A stretch of 64,000 nucleotides of DNA from Akkermansiaceae bacterium (GCA_051251915.1 JBPOGF010000010.1:90324-154323), one strand, 5' to 3'. Shown: positions 1 to 10,878, numbered from the stretch's first letter. Notes: generated by a model not told the origin, from the sequence alone. A program made the numbers and translations.

Positions 1-1575
1 TGCGGAAAAATAGCGAGTCGTCGTACTGGCGCGTTTGCTCAGTGCGGTAATCTCATCCACCGTTATGCCAAGTTCTTCTGGTGAATCCAGCACGTCCTTA
101 GCGTGTGAACCCAATAAACCAATCGCGTGGAGGCTAGCTCCTAGTTCATCATGCAAGTCAGCAGCGAAGCGTTCTTTCATCCGCCCCACTTGACGCATGC
201 GACTCATGCGAGTGATCAGGATAGTAAAAAGGATCCCTGCACCGAGCAAGACGGTCAACCATACAAGGCGCCGCACTGTCGACTGTTGCTTAATATAGCG
301 TTGCTGAAGCTGGGCGGTAATGAGAGGGAGTTCCCTTTCTAGAACCTCACGACGAGCCAGTTTGTCCATCCATTCGCGAATGGGCAGTATATTTCCATAG
401 AAATTACGGCCGTCCGTCAGGGCAACGAGTGGGCTGTCCTTGATTGCGTGCTTAAAGTTACCAACTACTGTTTTACCCAAGGCAACGTTGCGACCTTCGG
501 CGAAGAGTTCGATTTCTGCGAACCCCATTCGCGCTCTCTTCCTTATACCATCGTCGAAGATATAGGGTTCAAGAGCCGTCAGGCGCACGTAACGGCACTG
601 CCTCGCGGGCACGATGTTCCAGCTTAGGATCGGGCTGATGTCATAGAGAGTTTTGTAACGAGCATCCAATAACAAGAAGGCATCGGAAAAGTCTGCTCGC
701 GTGGCTCCTTCGACCTGCAGATGTCTTGGTATACCGACATCTCCGGAAATGGAATGGGGAACGGTGTCACTTTGTTCGATCGCGTGTAGGCTAATCCCAG
801 ATAAATCGTGTACTTCATTCAGGTCGATGGTCAGGGAGGGCGTTTTATAAGCATTTTCGCCAATATAAGTGGATCTGATATAGGCCACGCTTTTCTGCCC
901 CATCGTTGAATTCATGAGATACGGTACTGCTCCATCAGTCAGGTACGACAACTTCCAAGAATTGATCGGAACTCGATCTGGCTGCGGCCCTCTCACTGGG
1001 CGTCGTAAGGCATAGTTTTTTGATCCGCTAAATACTAATAGTTCGGACAGCTGTAGTGCGTATTTGCCGTCGTAACGTCGTGAAGAAAGACGGGTGGCTT
1101 CGACCCTCACCCAAGAGGCAACCTTTCCGGAGCAAGGGACCAGAAGCGGTGCGATGCGCGGCGATAGCTGATCCTGTTCTGAGAACGAGGCAATCACCTT
1201 GCCTGCTTTATCATCCTTTGTTCCAGCCAGGATACGAAACGCTATCGGGAAACCCTCGCTTTGGATGCCTGTTGCCGAGCGAGCGAGCGTAGGTACTAGA
1301 ACTATTTCATCGATAGAGATCTCCTGACCCAAATCCACTTCGACCCATTCGCTGCGGTTAGCGTCCTTTGTCTGAGATGAGCGATAGCCGTTGGACCCTA
1401 CTTCTTCGCGCAGGGTGAAGTTGGCTAAATGCTTCAGTTCAGCTTCCATAGCATCCCGTTTCTCTTCCAACTGTGAAATGGATTGTTGGTCAAGCGAAAT
1501 GGCAGAGTTGCCACGGGATGGAACGAGGGTGATGGCTAGCAAGAAAAGAATCTGAATGATCAATAGTAGGTTCAT
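1..1575 (-). CDS. Sensor histidine kinase (HisKA_3/NarX-like) with large extracytoplasmic domain; partial, runs off left edge
   Basis: Translated by hand: an open frame from ATG at 1575 to base 1 (MNLLLIIQILFLLAITLVPSRG...EWVEVDLGQEISIDEIVLVP...LTDGRNFYGNILPIREW...TM...ERFAADLHDELGASLHAIGL). Not in the ORF track because there is no stop in the window. Colinear paralog of 20140..22113. Confidence 0.9.
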   Translation of the reverse strand, partial: MNLLLIIQILFLLAITLVPSRGNSAISLDQQSISQLEEKRDAMEAELKHLANFTLREEVGSNGYRSSQTKDANRSEWVEVDLGQEISIDEIVLVPTLARSATGIQSEGFPIAFRILAGTKDDKAGKVIASFSEQDQLSPRIAPLLVPCSGKVASWVRVEATRLSSRRYDGKYALQLSELLVFSGSKNYALRRPVRGPQPDRVPINSWKLSYLTDGAVPYLMNSTMGQKSVAYIRSTYIGENAYKTPSLTIDLNEVHDLSGISLHAIEQSDTVPHSISGDVGIPRHLQVEGATRADFSDAFLLLDARYKTLYDISPILSWNIVPARQCRYVRLTALEPYIFDDGIRKRARMGFAEIELFAEGRNVALGKTVVGNFKHAIKDSPLVALTDGRNFYGNILPIREWMDKLARREVLERELPLITAQLQQRYIKQQSTVRRLVWLTVLLGAGILFTILITRMSRMRQVGRMKERFAADLHDELGASLHAIGLLGSHAKDVLDSPEELGITVDEITALSKRASTTTRYFSA

Positions 1576-1601
1576 GCTTTTGCATGATTGTCTATAGGAA
1601 G

Positions 1602-1800
1602 ACAGAATTACAAGCGGATTTTTCAACCTCGTATGCCATGACTCCGGGTTGGAGCTCATAAAATGGAAATATAGAAATGGAGTAAAACACCCATAGACGA
1701 GATTTTAAAACCTGATAAATTTACAATGTAACTCCAAATGATGTAGAGAAAATTTTGTGAGGTGAAATAAAACCAATCTATAAAATGAAAACAACGAAAC
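1602..1800 (+). repeat. Copy 1 of a duplicated ~200-bp divergent promoter block
   Basis: Shares the blocks ACAGAATTACAAGCGG, CCATGACTCCGGRTTGGAGCT, ATGGAGKAAAACMCCCATAGACGAGATTT, GTGAGGTGAAA and ATGAAAAC with 6396..6595. Confidence 0.85.
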
Positions 1801-4800
1801 AACCCAAACGCTATATTTTAATATCTAAATACATGCAAATGTTTTTTCAGTATCCGCCAGTGACAGTAAAATCTGCAGAAACTACCTGCGTAGGCTTAGC
1901 TCAAAACCAAATCCGCAAGGTATCTAAACGATCAGGTTTTGCGCTCATTACTACAATTACTATAATGTCTTTATTGATGCTTGTCTCTCTAGCTATGTTG
2001 TCGCTCTCTAATATAGAAGTAAGCTCTAACAGCATCGATAAAAACCAAGAAATCGCTGAAGCAAATGCGCGCATGGCGCTGATGCTAGCGCTTGGTGAGC
2101 TGCAAAAATCTGCGGGCCATGACCAGCGAGTCACAGCAACGGCGGATTTGACACTTCCCGTCTCTGGAGATGATAGCCGCCGAAATTGGGTGGGTGTATG
2201 GGATAGTAGCCTTTATGATCCATCTGGTTACGATATCGCAAATCCCACAAACAATAAAACCTTCCTCAAATGGCTAGTCTCTAGTCAAAACCAATCGTCC
2301 CTATCGCAGCAAGATGCCTCAGCGGTAGGTCTCAATAATCCTTTTGTCATTTTTGATGGTACGGTCGATGGCACACAGGAATCACATGATGTCGTGGTGG
2401 ATGAGATTGAGATTATGGATGCCAGCGGAACACAGACCGGGTCCTACGCCTATTGGGTGGAAGACAATGGGGTGAAGGCGGATATTTCATGGAACGAGAG
2501 CCTTGATACACGAGATGAAATCGTTCAGGCAGCGAGGCTGAGTTCCTCACCGGGCGCTGATCCGCGAGTTTTTCAGGATGCTTCCGCCCCTTATGACTTG
2601 GATGATAATGAAACACTAGACGTCTCTCTGGACTTCATTCAGAATCTGGACAAGACATTCAGTTTTAGCTCGCTTGCTCTTGCGGATAATAGTTCTGGAA
2701 GTTACCAAGATTGGCTCAAGAGATATCGCCACGATATTAGCGTAGGAAGTAAGGCAGTCTTGTCAGATACAAAGTTGGGCGGTCTCCAACGTGACCTCAG
2801 TCTGGCATTCGAAATGGACGGAGCCGCAGAGGCCGAGAGCGCTACGAAATTCAACGAACAGAGAGGAGAATTTGTTTCGAGTGGAAATTCGGAACGCTTG
2901 GATTCAACAGGCTCAGTGGGTGGTCTTCCTGTGTCGGCTCGGTATTTACACCGAGATACTCAAAGCTCTGGTGGTCCATTCTCTGGTGATATTATCAATA
3001 GCAGTGGTGTTTTGCGTGGTCCTACATGGTGGTTACTTAGAGACTATGCGAACTTATACAAAAACGTTTCAGGAACCGAGGGGGATTATACACTTCAAGC
3101 ACGTGCATACTACCCAAATAAACCGCAGGGAGAAGAGCTCAGCTCTAAGCTCAATCTTTTCAATGGAAATGCTCAGTTTGACTTGGAAGTGGATACTGGA
3201 AGTAATTCAAATGGAAAGTATATCAATAAGCCAGCAAAAGCGAATTATGCTCCTGTAAGCCTTGGAGGGACTGTTTTGTTAAGTACGAAGGCAGAGGGTT
3301 CAGAAGTTGTCCTTGCGATGGATATGCTTTTCTATCTATGGAATCCCTACAACCATAAAATTAGTTGTGATAATCTCGTGATGTCGATGGATGCTGCGCT
3401 GCCAGGTGCGATCTTCCTATGGAAGGACGATGGTTCAGGCAGTCCTACTTTATACGCTAAATCTTTGAATGAACTCATTAAGAGTAATGTAAGCACGGAC
3501 GATGTTTCCTTTCTTATAAAGAGCGAGACAAATGGTGCGATTGTTTTGGAACCTGGGGAAGTCGTTATCGCAACGCCGAGTACCACGCAAGGGCAATCAA
3601 ACCTAGGGTTCACGCTCAGCAGTGATTCAGGAATAATTCTCCGGAATTTAGGCGACAGCGGCCCAATTACTGCGGCAAGTGGTGACAAGATTGGATTTCG
3701 TTATATAAATATCCTAGGAAATAGTGTCGGTGTGAGCACAGCTGGAATGCGTAATAGTTTTAATTTGTTCTTACCTAATCGCGAATTGGACTTGTCTGAT
3801 CTTTCATCAACCTCGAACTTCACGTCGGAACTTCAATATCTTCATTTTCCTTCGCACGCATTACAATCCAACAATATAGATACTACCCCGCAAGAGTATT
3901 TCATGCCTGAAACGGAATCTAGTACTGCAAATAAAAGTGATCCAGTTAAGTGGGTAGATTTTGGAGACATTGGAAGTAGTAAAATCTTTTTCGGCTTGCT
4001 TACTTCGCTCACGAAACCTGCATTATGGGAAGGTGGAAACCCCAACCCAGTCGAAGTTTTCTCCAGATTTAATCCTAATCCGATTGTAGTAAAGCGGGAG
4101 GGAAATAGAATTTGCCAATTGAATCAAGTCTACAACATGTTGTGTAGCGATAACGCAGACGATCTTCTGCTAAAGAATGGCATAGAATACTCAAACTTGG
4201 TAAGGAACGCATACTGGGGGAGTTCTTACACTTCATTGGGATCCGAATTTGTGCCGCTCTCGACGATTCCAACCAGCCCGCTTCATTCATTGGCTTCACT
4301 TTCACATGCAAATGTGTCGACCATGGCTATGGACGCTTTCCACCCAATTGGAAATTCTTGGTCTTCTCCTTATGTGCCGACGAGTTCCGTTTATGGTAGA
4401 GTTCATAATGGAGGTAATGCTACCACTATATCGACGCAAGATTTATCATGGAATGTAAATGATGCGCTCTTTGACCGATACTATTTTTCAGGTATTGCAC
4501 CATATTATAGTATTTCTTCATCGGGTTATTCACTCGATTCTGGGGCGTCAGTAAGGCAGACTTTGAATGATTTCTTTGGTGAGGACTACCGGGATGCGAA
4601 GGCGAATCCAGCTCTTCAGCCTTATGTCTCCGTTGGGGAAAATGTAACAGATGTTGTGGATATTCTTGATCCTGATACCTCAAGTAGTATGGGTGACGGC
4701 TATAGTAAGCTCGCTGCGTATGTAATGCTTGATGGAGCATTTAACATTAATTCGACTTCCGAGAAAGCTTGGGAAGCGCTTCTGAGATCGAACAAGAATA

Positions 4801-5522
4801 TGGATATTCTTTACTCAGATGGCGGCGATGGAAACGGTAATGATACTCCTTTTCCTAACAGTGTGCTACCAGCCAATGAAGGTGTAGCTCCGTCAGGGTG
4901 GAGCGGCTTTGAACGCTTAGACGATGGGCAGATCCAAGGTCTTGCTGCAGAAATCGTTCGCTTAGTTAAGGAACGGGGGCCTTTTATGGGACTCTCAGAT
5001 TTTGTGAATAGGCAGATAGGTACTCACGAAGGTGTGATCCAGGCTGCTATCCAGAATACGGGTATCAATGGTACAGTCGCAGAGGATGCAGGAGGCATAC
5101 CGTCAATTTATGATGGCATCGGTAATAATTCCATGAACTACTTTTTATATGAACAAGGGTCTACGGCTCGTAACAGTGCAACGGGGCTTCCCAAGGAGAT
5201 TAATCAGGCGCAAATTCTTTTGCCACTCGCGTCACGGATGAGGCCTAGGAGCGATACATTCACTATCAGGGCATATGGAAGTTCTATCTCTAGTTCAGGG
5301 GTGGTCAATAGCACGGCATATTGTGAGGCGGTCGTTCAGAGGGTGCCCGAGTATATAGATAGCGGGTTGAACGCCCCTTGGGATGAGCCAAGAGCTGATC
5401 CTCATGACTACTCGTCACAAATTAGCCCGGAAGACTCGACGATTCTGCAAGGTGTGAATAAAACTTTCGGCCGAAAATTCAGAGTGGTGAGCTTCCGCTG
5501 GCTATCAAAAGATGAGATCTAA
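1785..5522 (+). CDS. Verru_Chthon cassette protein A-like / PilX-type large pilin-like protein
   Basis: Prepilin-like GFALITTITIMSLLMLVSLAMLSL; AEANARMALMLALGELQKSAGHDQRVTA; YAYWVEDNGVKA; C-terminal RSDTFTIRAYG...GRKFRVVSFRWL. Exact start uncertain. Confidence 0.75.
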   Translation: MKTTKQPKRYILISKYMQMFFQYPPVTVKSAETTCVGLAQNQIRKVSKRSGFALITTITIMSLLMLVSLAMLSLSNIEVSSNSIDKNQEIAEANARMALMLALGELQKSAGHDQRVTATADLTLPVSGDDSRRNWVGVWDSSLYDPSGYDIANPTNNKTFLKWLVSSQNQSSLSQQDASAVGLNNPFVIFDGTVDGTQESHDVVVDEIEIMDASGTQTGSYAYWVEDNGVKADISWNESLDTRDEIVQAARLSSSPGADPRVFQDASAPYDLDDNETLDVSLDFIQNLDKTFSFSSLALADNSSGSYQDWLKRYRHDISVGSKAVLSDTKLGGLQRDLSLAFEMDGAAEAESATKFNEQRGEFVSSGNSERLDSTGSVGGLPVSARYLHRDTQSSGGPFSGDIINSSGVLRGPTWWLLRDYANLYKNVSGTEGDYTLQARAYYPNKPQGEELSSKLNLFNGNAQFDLEVDTGSNSNGKYINKPAKANYAPVSLGGTVLLSTKAEGSEVVLAMDMLFYLWNPYNHKISCDNLVMSMDAALPGAIFLWKDDGSGSPTLYAKSLNELIKSNVSTDDVSFLIKSETNGAIVLEPGEVVIATPSTTQGQSNLGFTLSSDSGIILRNLGDSGPITAASGDKIGFRYINILGNSVGVSTAGMRNSFNLFLPNRELDLSDLSSTSNFTSELQYLHFPSHALQSNNIDTTPQEYFMPETESSTANKSDPVKWVDFGDIGSSKIFFGLLTSLTKPALWEGGNPNPVEVFSRFNPNPIVVKREGNRICQLNQVYNMLCSDNADDLLLKNGIEYSNLVRNAYWGSSYTSLGSEFVPLSTIPTSPLHSLASLSHANVSTMAMDAFHPIGNSWSSPYVPTSSVYGRVHNGGNATTISTQDLSWNVNDALFDRYYFSGIAPYYSISSSGYSLDSGASVRQTLNDFFGEDYRDAKANPALQPYVSVGENVTDVVDILDPDTSSSMGDGYSKLAAYVMLDGAFNINSTSEKAWEALLRSNKNMDILYSDGGDGNGNDTPFPNSVLPANEGVAPSGWSGFERLDDGQIQGLAAEIVRLVKERGPFMGLSDFVNRQIGTHEGVIQAAIQNTGINGTVAEDAGGIPSIYDGIGNNSMNYFLYEQGSTARNSATGLPKEINQAQILLPLASRMRPRSDTFTIRAYGSSISSSGVVNSTAYCEAVVQRVPEYIDSGLNAPWDEPRADPHDYSSQISPEDSTILQGVNKTFGRKFRVVSFRWLSKDEI

Positions 5523-6234
5523 ACGTATAGATATGAAAATGTTACTAAAATTGTTTGTTGTCTTGATGTTGGGTCTTACTTTTGTCCATGGGCAGTCAGA
5601 GAGCAAAACAAGACTGTTTTCTTGTTTTGTGTGGAAAGATCTGGGAGCCGGGAAGGTATTTTACTCCGATGGGAAAAGCCCGAAGGAGTTGTCGTTCACA
5701 GGTAAAAGGAGATCGGAATACTACCCAATGCCTTTTGGTCAAACCTTCAAGCTTTTCGCCAAAAAAGAGGTGGATGGAGAAGCTAGCTATGTGGTTATCG
5801 GGGAGACTACGATTAGCTCAAATAGTAAACGGCTTCTTTTCATCATCGTTCGGAATCCGGCAAGTGCAACGAATCCGGATGTCTTGCCTCTCAAAATCAC
5901 TGTTATGGATGACTCAATAAATAATTTTCCCGGTGGTAGCACCAAATTTATTAATCTGACATCCAAACCAATGACTGCTGAAATCAATGGGACAAAGGCT
6001 GTTGTGAATTCTAAGCAGGCAAAACTCATACAACCTCGTCTACCTGACAATGGTGGTTTTGTTCCTATGATTATTCGATATAAAGCTAGGTCGCTATACG
6101 AAACTAGGATCTTTTGCCAGCAAGGTGAGCGAAGAATTGTTTTCATCACCCCAAATACGAGAAAAGGCGCTAAGCGCCCTATTTCAATAGACTTCCTCCC
6201 ACAAATTGTGGGGGCTAGCTTTGAAGATAAGTAG
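5512..6234 (+). CDS. Secreted hypothetical protein coupled to the cassette-A-like gene
   Basis: 240-aa ORF overlapping the upstream stop; signal peptide MKMLLKLFVVLMLGLTFVHG (start probably at 5533). Confidence 0.7.
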   Translation: MRSKRIDMKMLLKLFVVLMLGLTFVHGQSESKTRLFSCFVWKDLGAGKVFYSDGKSPKELSFTGKRRSEYYPMPFGQTFKLFAKKEVDGEASYVVIGETTISSNSKRLLFIIVRNPASATNPDVLPLKITVMDDSINNFPGGSTKFINLTSKPMTAEINGTKAVVNSKQAKLIQPRLPDNGGFVPMIIRYKARSLYETRIFCQQGERRIVFITPNTRKGAKRPISIDFLPQIVGASFEDK

Positions 6235-6314
6235 TACAAGTCTATTGCCTCATTACTCACCTCCTATAAAAAAAGCCCTGACGCCTTAATGACCAGCTGC
6301 TGCATTAAGTCATC

Positions 6315-6372
6315 TCGATTTCATCAATCGAGATTTTCTGCCCTAAATCCACTATCATTCATTCGCAGCAAT
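6315..6372 (-). pseudogene. Degenerate fragment of a sensor-kinase 5' region
   Basis: ATTTCATCAATCGGAGATTTTCTGCCCTAAATCCACTATCATTCATTCGCAGC aligns with 1304-1355 (ATTTCATCGATAGAGATCTCCTGACCCAAATCCACTTCGACCCATTCGCTGC; EWVEVDLGQEISIDE), with a frameshift and a stop. Confidence 0.65.
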
Positions 6373-6395
6373 CGCTCTCCATGGTAAATAGGTAA

Positions 6396-6595
6396 ACAGA
6401 ATTACAAGCGGCCCCCCCTGTTTGCTGACCATGACTCCGGATTGGAGCTAATTAAATGCACACATATAGACATGGAGGAAAACCCCCATAGACGAGATTT
6501 GGAATCATGATACCATTATGGACATCTCAGAAAATCATGATGGTTTTGCGTGAGGTGAAAATAAACTTAATAAAAACAATGAAAACGATAAAAAC
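6396..6595 (+). repeat. Copy 2 of the duplicated promoter block
   Basis: See 1602..1800. Confidence 0.85.
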
Positions 6596-7313
6596 TACAA
6601 CTACACTACTCACAATTCTAGCCACCGCATCAGTGGGCCACGCAGCGATTATGAGCTATAATCCGACTTTTAGCGGCAACACAGAAGGCGGTCCGAACAC
6701 AAGTGGAACAACTCCTTACGATGCCAATGGCAGCGGTTTGTCCGAAGGTCTCACCCCTGGTACTGCTACCTACAATGATACATACAGCTTCCTTGATTCC
6801 ACAACTGGAATCGCATTCAGCGTGGATTTTACCTTTACTGCAACTGGTGGCAATCTAGGTGGTGGAAACGGTATTGGTGTTGCTGATAATTGGATTGATG
6901 AAGGGGAGTCGCTCACCATCGCTCTCTCAAGTTTGGTAGTGGATACCTCCGGATATATTGATGGTACTATTGGAGGCCTTACTGGACCAGTCGGTGTTGG
7001 ATCATCTGCGTTTGGAATCCATACGTTTTCATTGACTAGTTTAAGTGCTGTTGACCCTGGGTTCGTCAGTGATGGAACTACCACTGACTCAGTATTAGCC
7101 AGTAGCTATGTTTTCGGTAGTGGTAACTCACTGAGCAACACAACTGGGGAGGGAACGTTGTCTTTTGTAGCCGGAGTTGAAGGTGATACTCGGTTCAGAC
7201 TTACTGGGTGGAAGCCATATATCGAACTCGATATTGTTGCTGTCCCTGAGCCAAGCTCCACAGCTCTACTCGGATTGGGGGGGCTCGCCCTCATCTTACG
7301 CCGTCGTAAGTAA
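6579..7313 (+). CDS. PEP-CTERM surface protein
   Basis: Signal peptide MKTIKTTTTLLTILATASVGHA; ends VPEPSSTALLGLGGLALILRRRK. Start moved from 6507 to the ATG at 6579. Confidence 0.92.
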   Translation: MKTIKTTTTLLTILATASVGHAAIMSYNPTFSGNTEGGPNTSGTTPYDANGSGLSEGLTPGTATYNDTYSFLDSTTGIAFSVDFTFTATGGNLGGGNGIGVADNWIDEGESLTIALSSLVVDTSGYIDGTIGGLTGPVGVGSSAFGIHTFSLTSLSAVDPGFVSDGTTTDSVLASSYVFGSGNSLSNTTGEGTLSFVAGVEGDTRFRLTGWKPYIELDIVAVPEPSSTALLGLGGLALILRRRK

Positions 7314-7329
7314 GTTTCACAGTGTTTTT

Positions 7330-7368
7330 AAAACTGGTAGGTTGAGTTCATCAGCCTAGCGGTTTTTA
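7330..7368 (+). terminator. Probable intrinsic terminator
   Basis: Imperfect hairpin AAAACTGGTAGGTTGA...TCAGCCTAGCGGTTTT followed by a T tract, just after the PEP-CTERM stop. Confidence 0.55.
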
Positions 7369-7477
7369 TATTTATGGTCATTCAGGTGCCTAATTCAGCA
7401 ATACCCCTGAATCTATTCTGACTTGAATATTCAACAAACAATGTAACTCTTCTCAAATACTTAAATAATAATTACCT

Positions 7478-8914
7478 ATGACACGCTTAAAGCTACTACA
7501 GAACTTCTTCATTATCGGACTACTCTCGTTGCCGTTCTGTGGAAAGGCGCAAACTCTGCCACTGCTTAAAGATGGCTTGTCTCCGCAGACGGTGGCAAGT
7601 AAACCCAATATCGTCCTCATCTTTGCAGATGATCTTGGGTATGGTGATCTAGGTTGCTATGGCGCAAAATACAAAACGCCAGTGCTCGATAAAATGGCTA
7701 CTGAGGGCTTCCGCTCTACGGATATGATATCGGCGTCGAATGTCTGCACTCCCTCACGAGCAGCCCTGCTCACAGGGCGCTATCCGAGCCGTGCTGGACT
7801 CCCGACCTATCGTCTACGGGGCGAGAAGGGACACTATGGTCTGCATCCGGATGAGATCACTATTGCCGAATTACTCAAACCAGCAGGCTATCGTTCGCTG
7901 GCGGTTGGTAAATGGCACATTGGTTTTCTGATGGAAGGTGCCCATCCTATGGATCAGGGATTCGATGCCTACTTCGGACTCCCTTATAACTATTCCTCTA
8001 GGCACGATCCTTGGAACATGGCGATTTTCCGCGACCGAGAAATGATCGAGAAGAATGTCAAATTTCCCGGTATCACTGACCGCTACAATGAGGAAGTGGT
8101 AAAATTCATTGGAGAACAAACCAAGGACCAGCCGTTCTTTATTTACATGGCACATCAAATTGCACACACCCCGGTCGTGCCAAGCCAACCTTTTAAGGGT
8201 AAGTCTAAGGAAGGCAAGTATGGAGACTTTGTGACTGAGCTAGACCACAGTGTGGGGATAGTCCTCCAAGCGCTAAGTGACAACGGCTTAGAAGACAATA
8301 CTCTGGTGGTGTTCCTAGCCGACAACGGCCACCATGGCAAAGTCGGCTCAGGAGGTCCACTCGCTGGCAGCAAATACACCACGATGGAAGGTGGACATCG
8401 CGTGCCGAGCATCTTTCGCTGGCCGGGTAAGATTCCTGCGGGTAAAGTATCCGACGTCACGCTTTCCAGTATGGATTTGCTCCCACTGTTCTGCGATCTC
8501 GCTGGCGCCGAACTGCCGAAAGACCGAATTATTGATGGTAAGAACATACGAGATATTCTGTTAGGTAAAAGCGATAAATCGCCGCACGAGTTTTTGTATT
8601 ACTATAATGGCGTCAACCTGCAAGCGGTGCGTAAAGGCAAGTGGAAGCTGCATTTGCCACGCACTGCTGCCGATCAACCTTACTGGGGTGGCGTGAGTGT
8701 CCAGCGCAGCTTCGTCAAACTAGACCAGCCCTTTCTCGTCAACTTAGAAACCGATATCGGTGAAGAGCACAACGTCGCTGCAGACAACCCCGAGGTAGTC
8801 GCCATGCTTTTAAAAGAGGCGGAGCGCACGCGTGCAGAACTCGGCGATGTAGGAGAACCCGGCAGCGACCAGCGTCCGTTGTGGCGATCTGAGCTATTAG
8901 GTAGTGACCAATAA
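7478..8914 (+). CDS. Arylsulfatase A-like sulfatase (S1, Cys-type)
   Basis: [31 protein letters not shown], signal peptide. Confidence 0.95.
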   Translation: MTRLKLLQNFFIIGLLSLPFCGKAQTLPLLKDGLSPQTVASKPNIVLIFADDLGYGDLGCYGAKYKTPVLDKMATEGFRSTDMISASNVCTPSRAALLTGRYPSRAGLPTYRLRGEKGHYGLHPDEITIAELLKPAGYRSLAVGKWHIGFLMEGAHPMDQGFDAYFGLPYNYSSRHDPWNMAIFRDREMIEKNVKFPGITDRYNEEVVKFIGEQTKDQPFFIYMAHQIAHTPVVPSQPFKGKSKEGKYGDFVTELDHSVGIVLQALSDNGLEDNTLVVFLADNGHHGKVGSGGPLAGSKYTTMEGGHRVPSIFRWPGKIPAGKVSDVTLSSMDLLPLFCDLAGAELPKDRIIDGKNIRDILLGKSDKSPHEFLYYYNGVNLQAVRKGKWKLHLPRTAADQPYWGGVSVQRSFVKLDQPFLVNLETDIGEEHNVAADNPEVVAMLLKEAERTRAELGDVGEPGSDQRPLWRSELLGSDQ

Positions 8915-8935
8915 ATACAGAATAATCAAAATAAT

Positions 8936-10810
8936 ATGAAAATGAAAAGAAGCCTATCCACCATCACGTTTTTTACCTGTGCTTTACTCTCGGGTAATGT
9001 CACTGCTGCGAGTGATGACCGACCTGCTAAGCCAAATGTGATCCTCATCCTCACCGACGATCTCGGCTGGCAGGATGTGAAATGTTACGATGTTGATAAG
9101 CCCTCACCAATCGATACGCCTTACCTAGATGCATTCGCTAAGAAAGGCGTCATGTTCTGGCAGGCCTATTCTCCAGCGCCTACCTGTTCCCCATCGCGCT
9201 GTGCCATTATGAGCGGAGACCATCCGGCACGGGCACAGAAGACCCACGTAGTCGGCGGTTCACCACCGTTAGCACGTGGTATCAATGCTCGAATGATGGA
9301 TCCGTGGTATAGCGGTCGGATGCCAGAGGATACCTTTACACTAGCGAAGGCTATGAAACAGAACGGTTATGTGACTGGGCATTCAGGGAAGTGGCACATT
9401 GCCATCAACCATGGTGCGTTCCCGCAGCCGAAACATGTCGGCTTTGACTGGTCACGCGGGAGTCGCGGAGCTCACTCTAAAATGAAAGACCGTCTGACCG
9501 GCTTTGCAACCGATGCGGAAGACGATCACTTTCGCCTCGATGAGAATGGCTTTCCTTTTCACGAGAACAATGAGAATGCATTGAACTTTATCCGCGAAAA
9601 TAAAGAGAAGCCCTTTTTCCTCTATTATTGCACTTGGTTAGTCCATGGACCGATCATGACGCGCTGTGAAAGTCTATTGGACAAGTATGTCGAAAGGCTC
9701 GGAGTTGATCCGGCTGCTAAATTTGAAAAAGCAACTCCTGGCCAGATCAATCCTTTCTATTGCGCCATGGTAGAGGCTCTCGACTATTATATGGGCCAGG
9801 TCTTTCATACATTGGAAACCACGGAAGACCCACGTTGGCCTGGGCACATGCTGAGCGAAAACACTTATGTCATTTTCACCTCGGATAACGGCGGTATGGA
9901 AGGCTCATCCGAGCGCTACACCGATAACGCACCACTGTCTCGTGGTAAAATCTCAGCGATGGAAGGCGGAACTCGTGTCCCATTGATCATTGCTGGACCG
10001 GGAATTGCCAAGGGCGTTCAATCCGATGTGATCGTGAACGGGCTTGATTTTTATCCTACTATCCTTGGGCTAATAGGAGCGGATAAGCCTAAAGATAAAA
10101 ACTTAGACGGCTGTGACATTTCCACCCTGCTGCTGGAAGACCCAACCAATCCTGCATTGGTGAAAGAAGAAGATGGTTCAGCTCGCGATTCAATGATGTG
10201 GCATTTCCCGCACGGTGGAGCCATGGAGAGCACCATTCGCATCGGGGGATTTAAACTCATCCGTAATTACGATCATCAATATAATGATGAAACGCCAGAA
10301 CTTGAACTTTTCCAGCTTTATAAAACAGAGGGTGACAAGCAAGTGAGGGTCGATATCGAGGAAGCTAACAACCTAGCTGCTCAAATGCCAGAAAAAGCGA
10401 AAGCTCTCAACCAAAAGCTGACGGAAATGCTAACGGAAATGAAGGCTAGCTATCCCAGCTACAATCCAAACTATAAACGAGAACTTCCGAATAAAGAAAA
10501 AGTTCCGACCGTTCAATCGCTGAACCAAAATGGGAGTGTCCTTGAATTTGAATTTGCTGAGAACGGGGCAAAAGTGATGCAGGCGCATTTGATTTATACC
10601 CTCAATGGTGGACAAAAATACGAAGAGTGGTTCCGCGCTCCGGCAACGCTGAATTCCGACTCAATAGGCACGATCAAACTACCAGAAGGAACAACCCATT
10701 GTTATCTCAATCTGATTGATGAGAATAACTTCTTGGTGAGCTTTCCTAAGGCTGGAGCAAAAGCAAATCGTTCAGCCAAGGCATTGAAAATAACTGAACT
10801 AAGTAAGTAA
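8936..10810 (+). CDS. Sulfatase (S1) with C-terminal extension
   Basis: PNVILILTDDLGWQD, CSPSRCAIMSG, GKWH, TSDNGG. Confidence 0.93.
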   Translation: MKMKRSLSTITFFTCALLSGNVTAASDDRPAKPNVILILTDDLGWQDVKCYDVDKPSPIDTPYLDAFAKKGVMFWQAYSPAPTCSPSRCAIMSGDHPARAQKTHVVGGSPPLARGINARMMDPWYSGRMPEDTFTLAKAMKQNGYVTGHSGKWHIAINHGAFPQPKHVGFDWSRGSRGAHSKMKDRLTGFATDAEDDHFRLDENGFPFHENNENALNFIRENKEKPFFLYYCTWLVHGPIMTRCESLLDKYVERLGVDPAAKFEKATPGQINPFYCAMVEALDYYMGQVFHTLETTEDPRWPGHMLSENTYVIFTSDNGGMEGSSERYTDNAPLSRGKISAMEGGTRVPLIIAGPGIAKGVQSDVIVNGLDFYPTILGLIGADKPKDKNLDGCDISTLLLEDPTNPALVKEEDGSARDSMMWHFPHGGAMESTIRIGGFKLIRNYDHQYNDETPELELFQLYKTEGDKQVRVDIEEANNLAAQMPEKAKALNQKLTEMLTEMKASYPSYNPNYKRELPNKEKVPTVQSLNQNGSVLEFEFAENGAKVMQAHLIYTLNGGQKYEEWFRAPATLNSDSIGTIKLPEGTTHCYLNLIDENNFLVSFPKAGAKANRSAKALKITELSK

Positions 10811-10878
10811 GAAACATAACTAAATTCACCCTAATGAATCACATCACATTCCGTAAAAAAGTAAATAGCTAGCAATCC

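Noticed and set aside
1..1575. Pseudogene status of the left-edge kinase
   Set aside because: Manual translation shows an uninterrupted frame; it is only cut by the window edge. The short ORFs listed in this interval are shadows.
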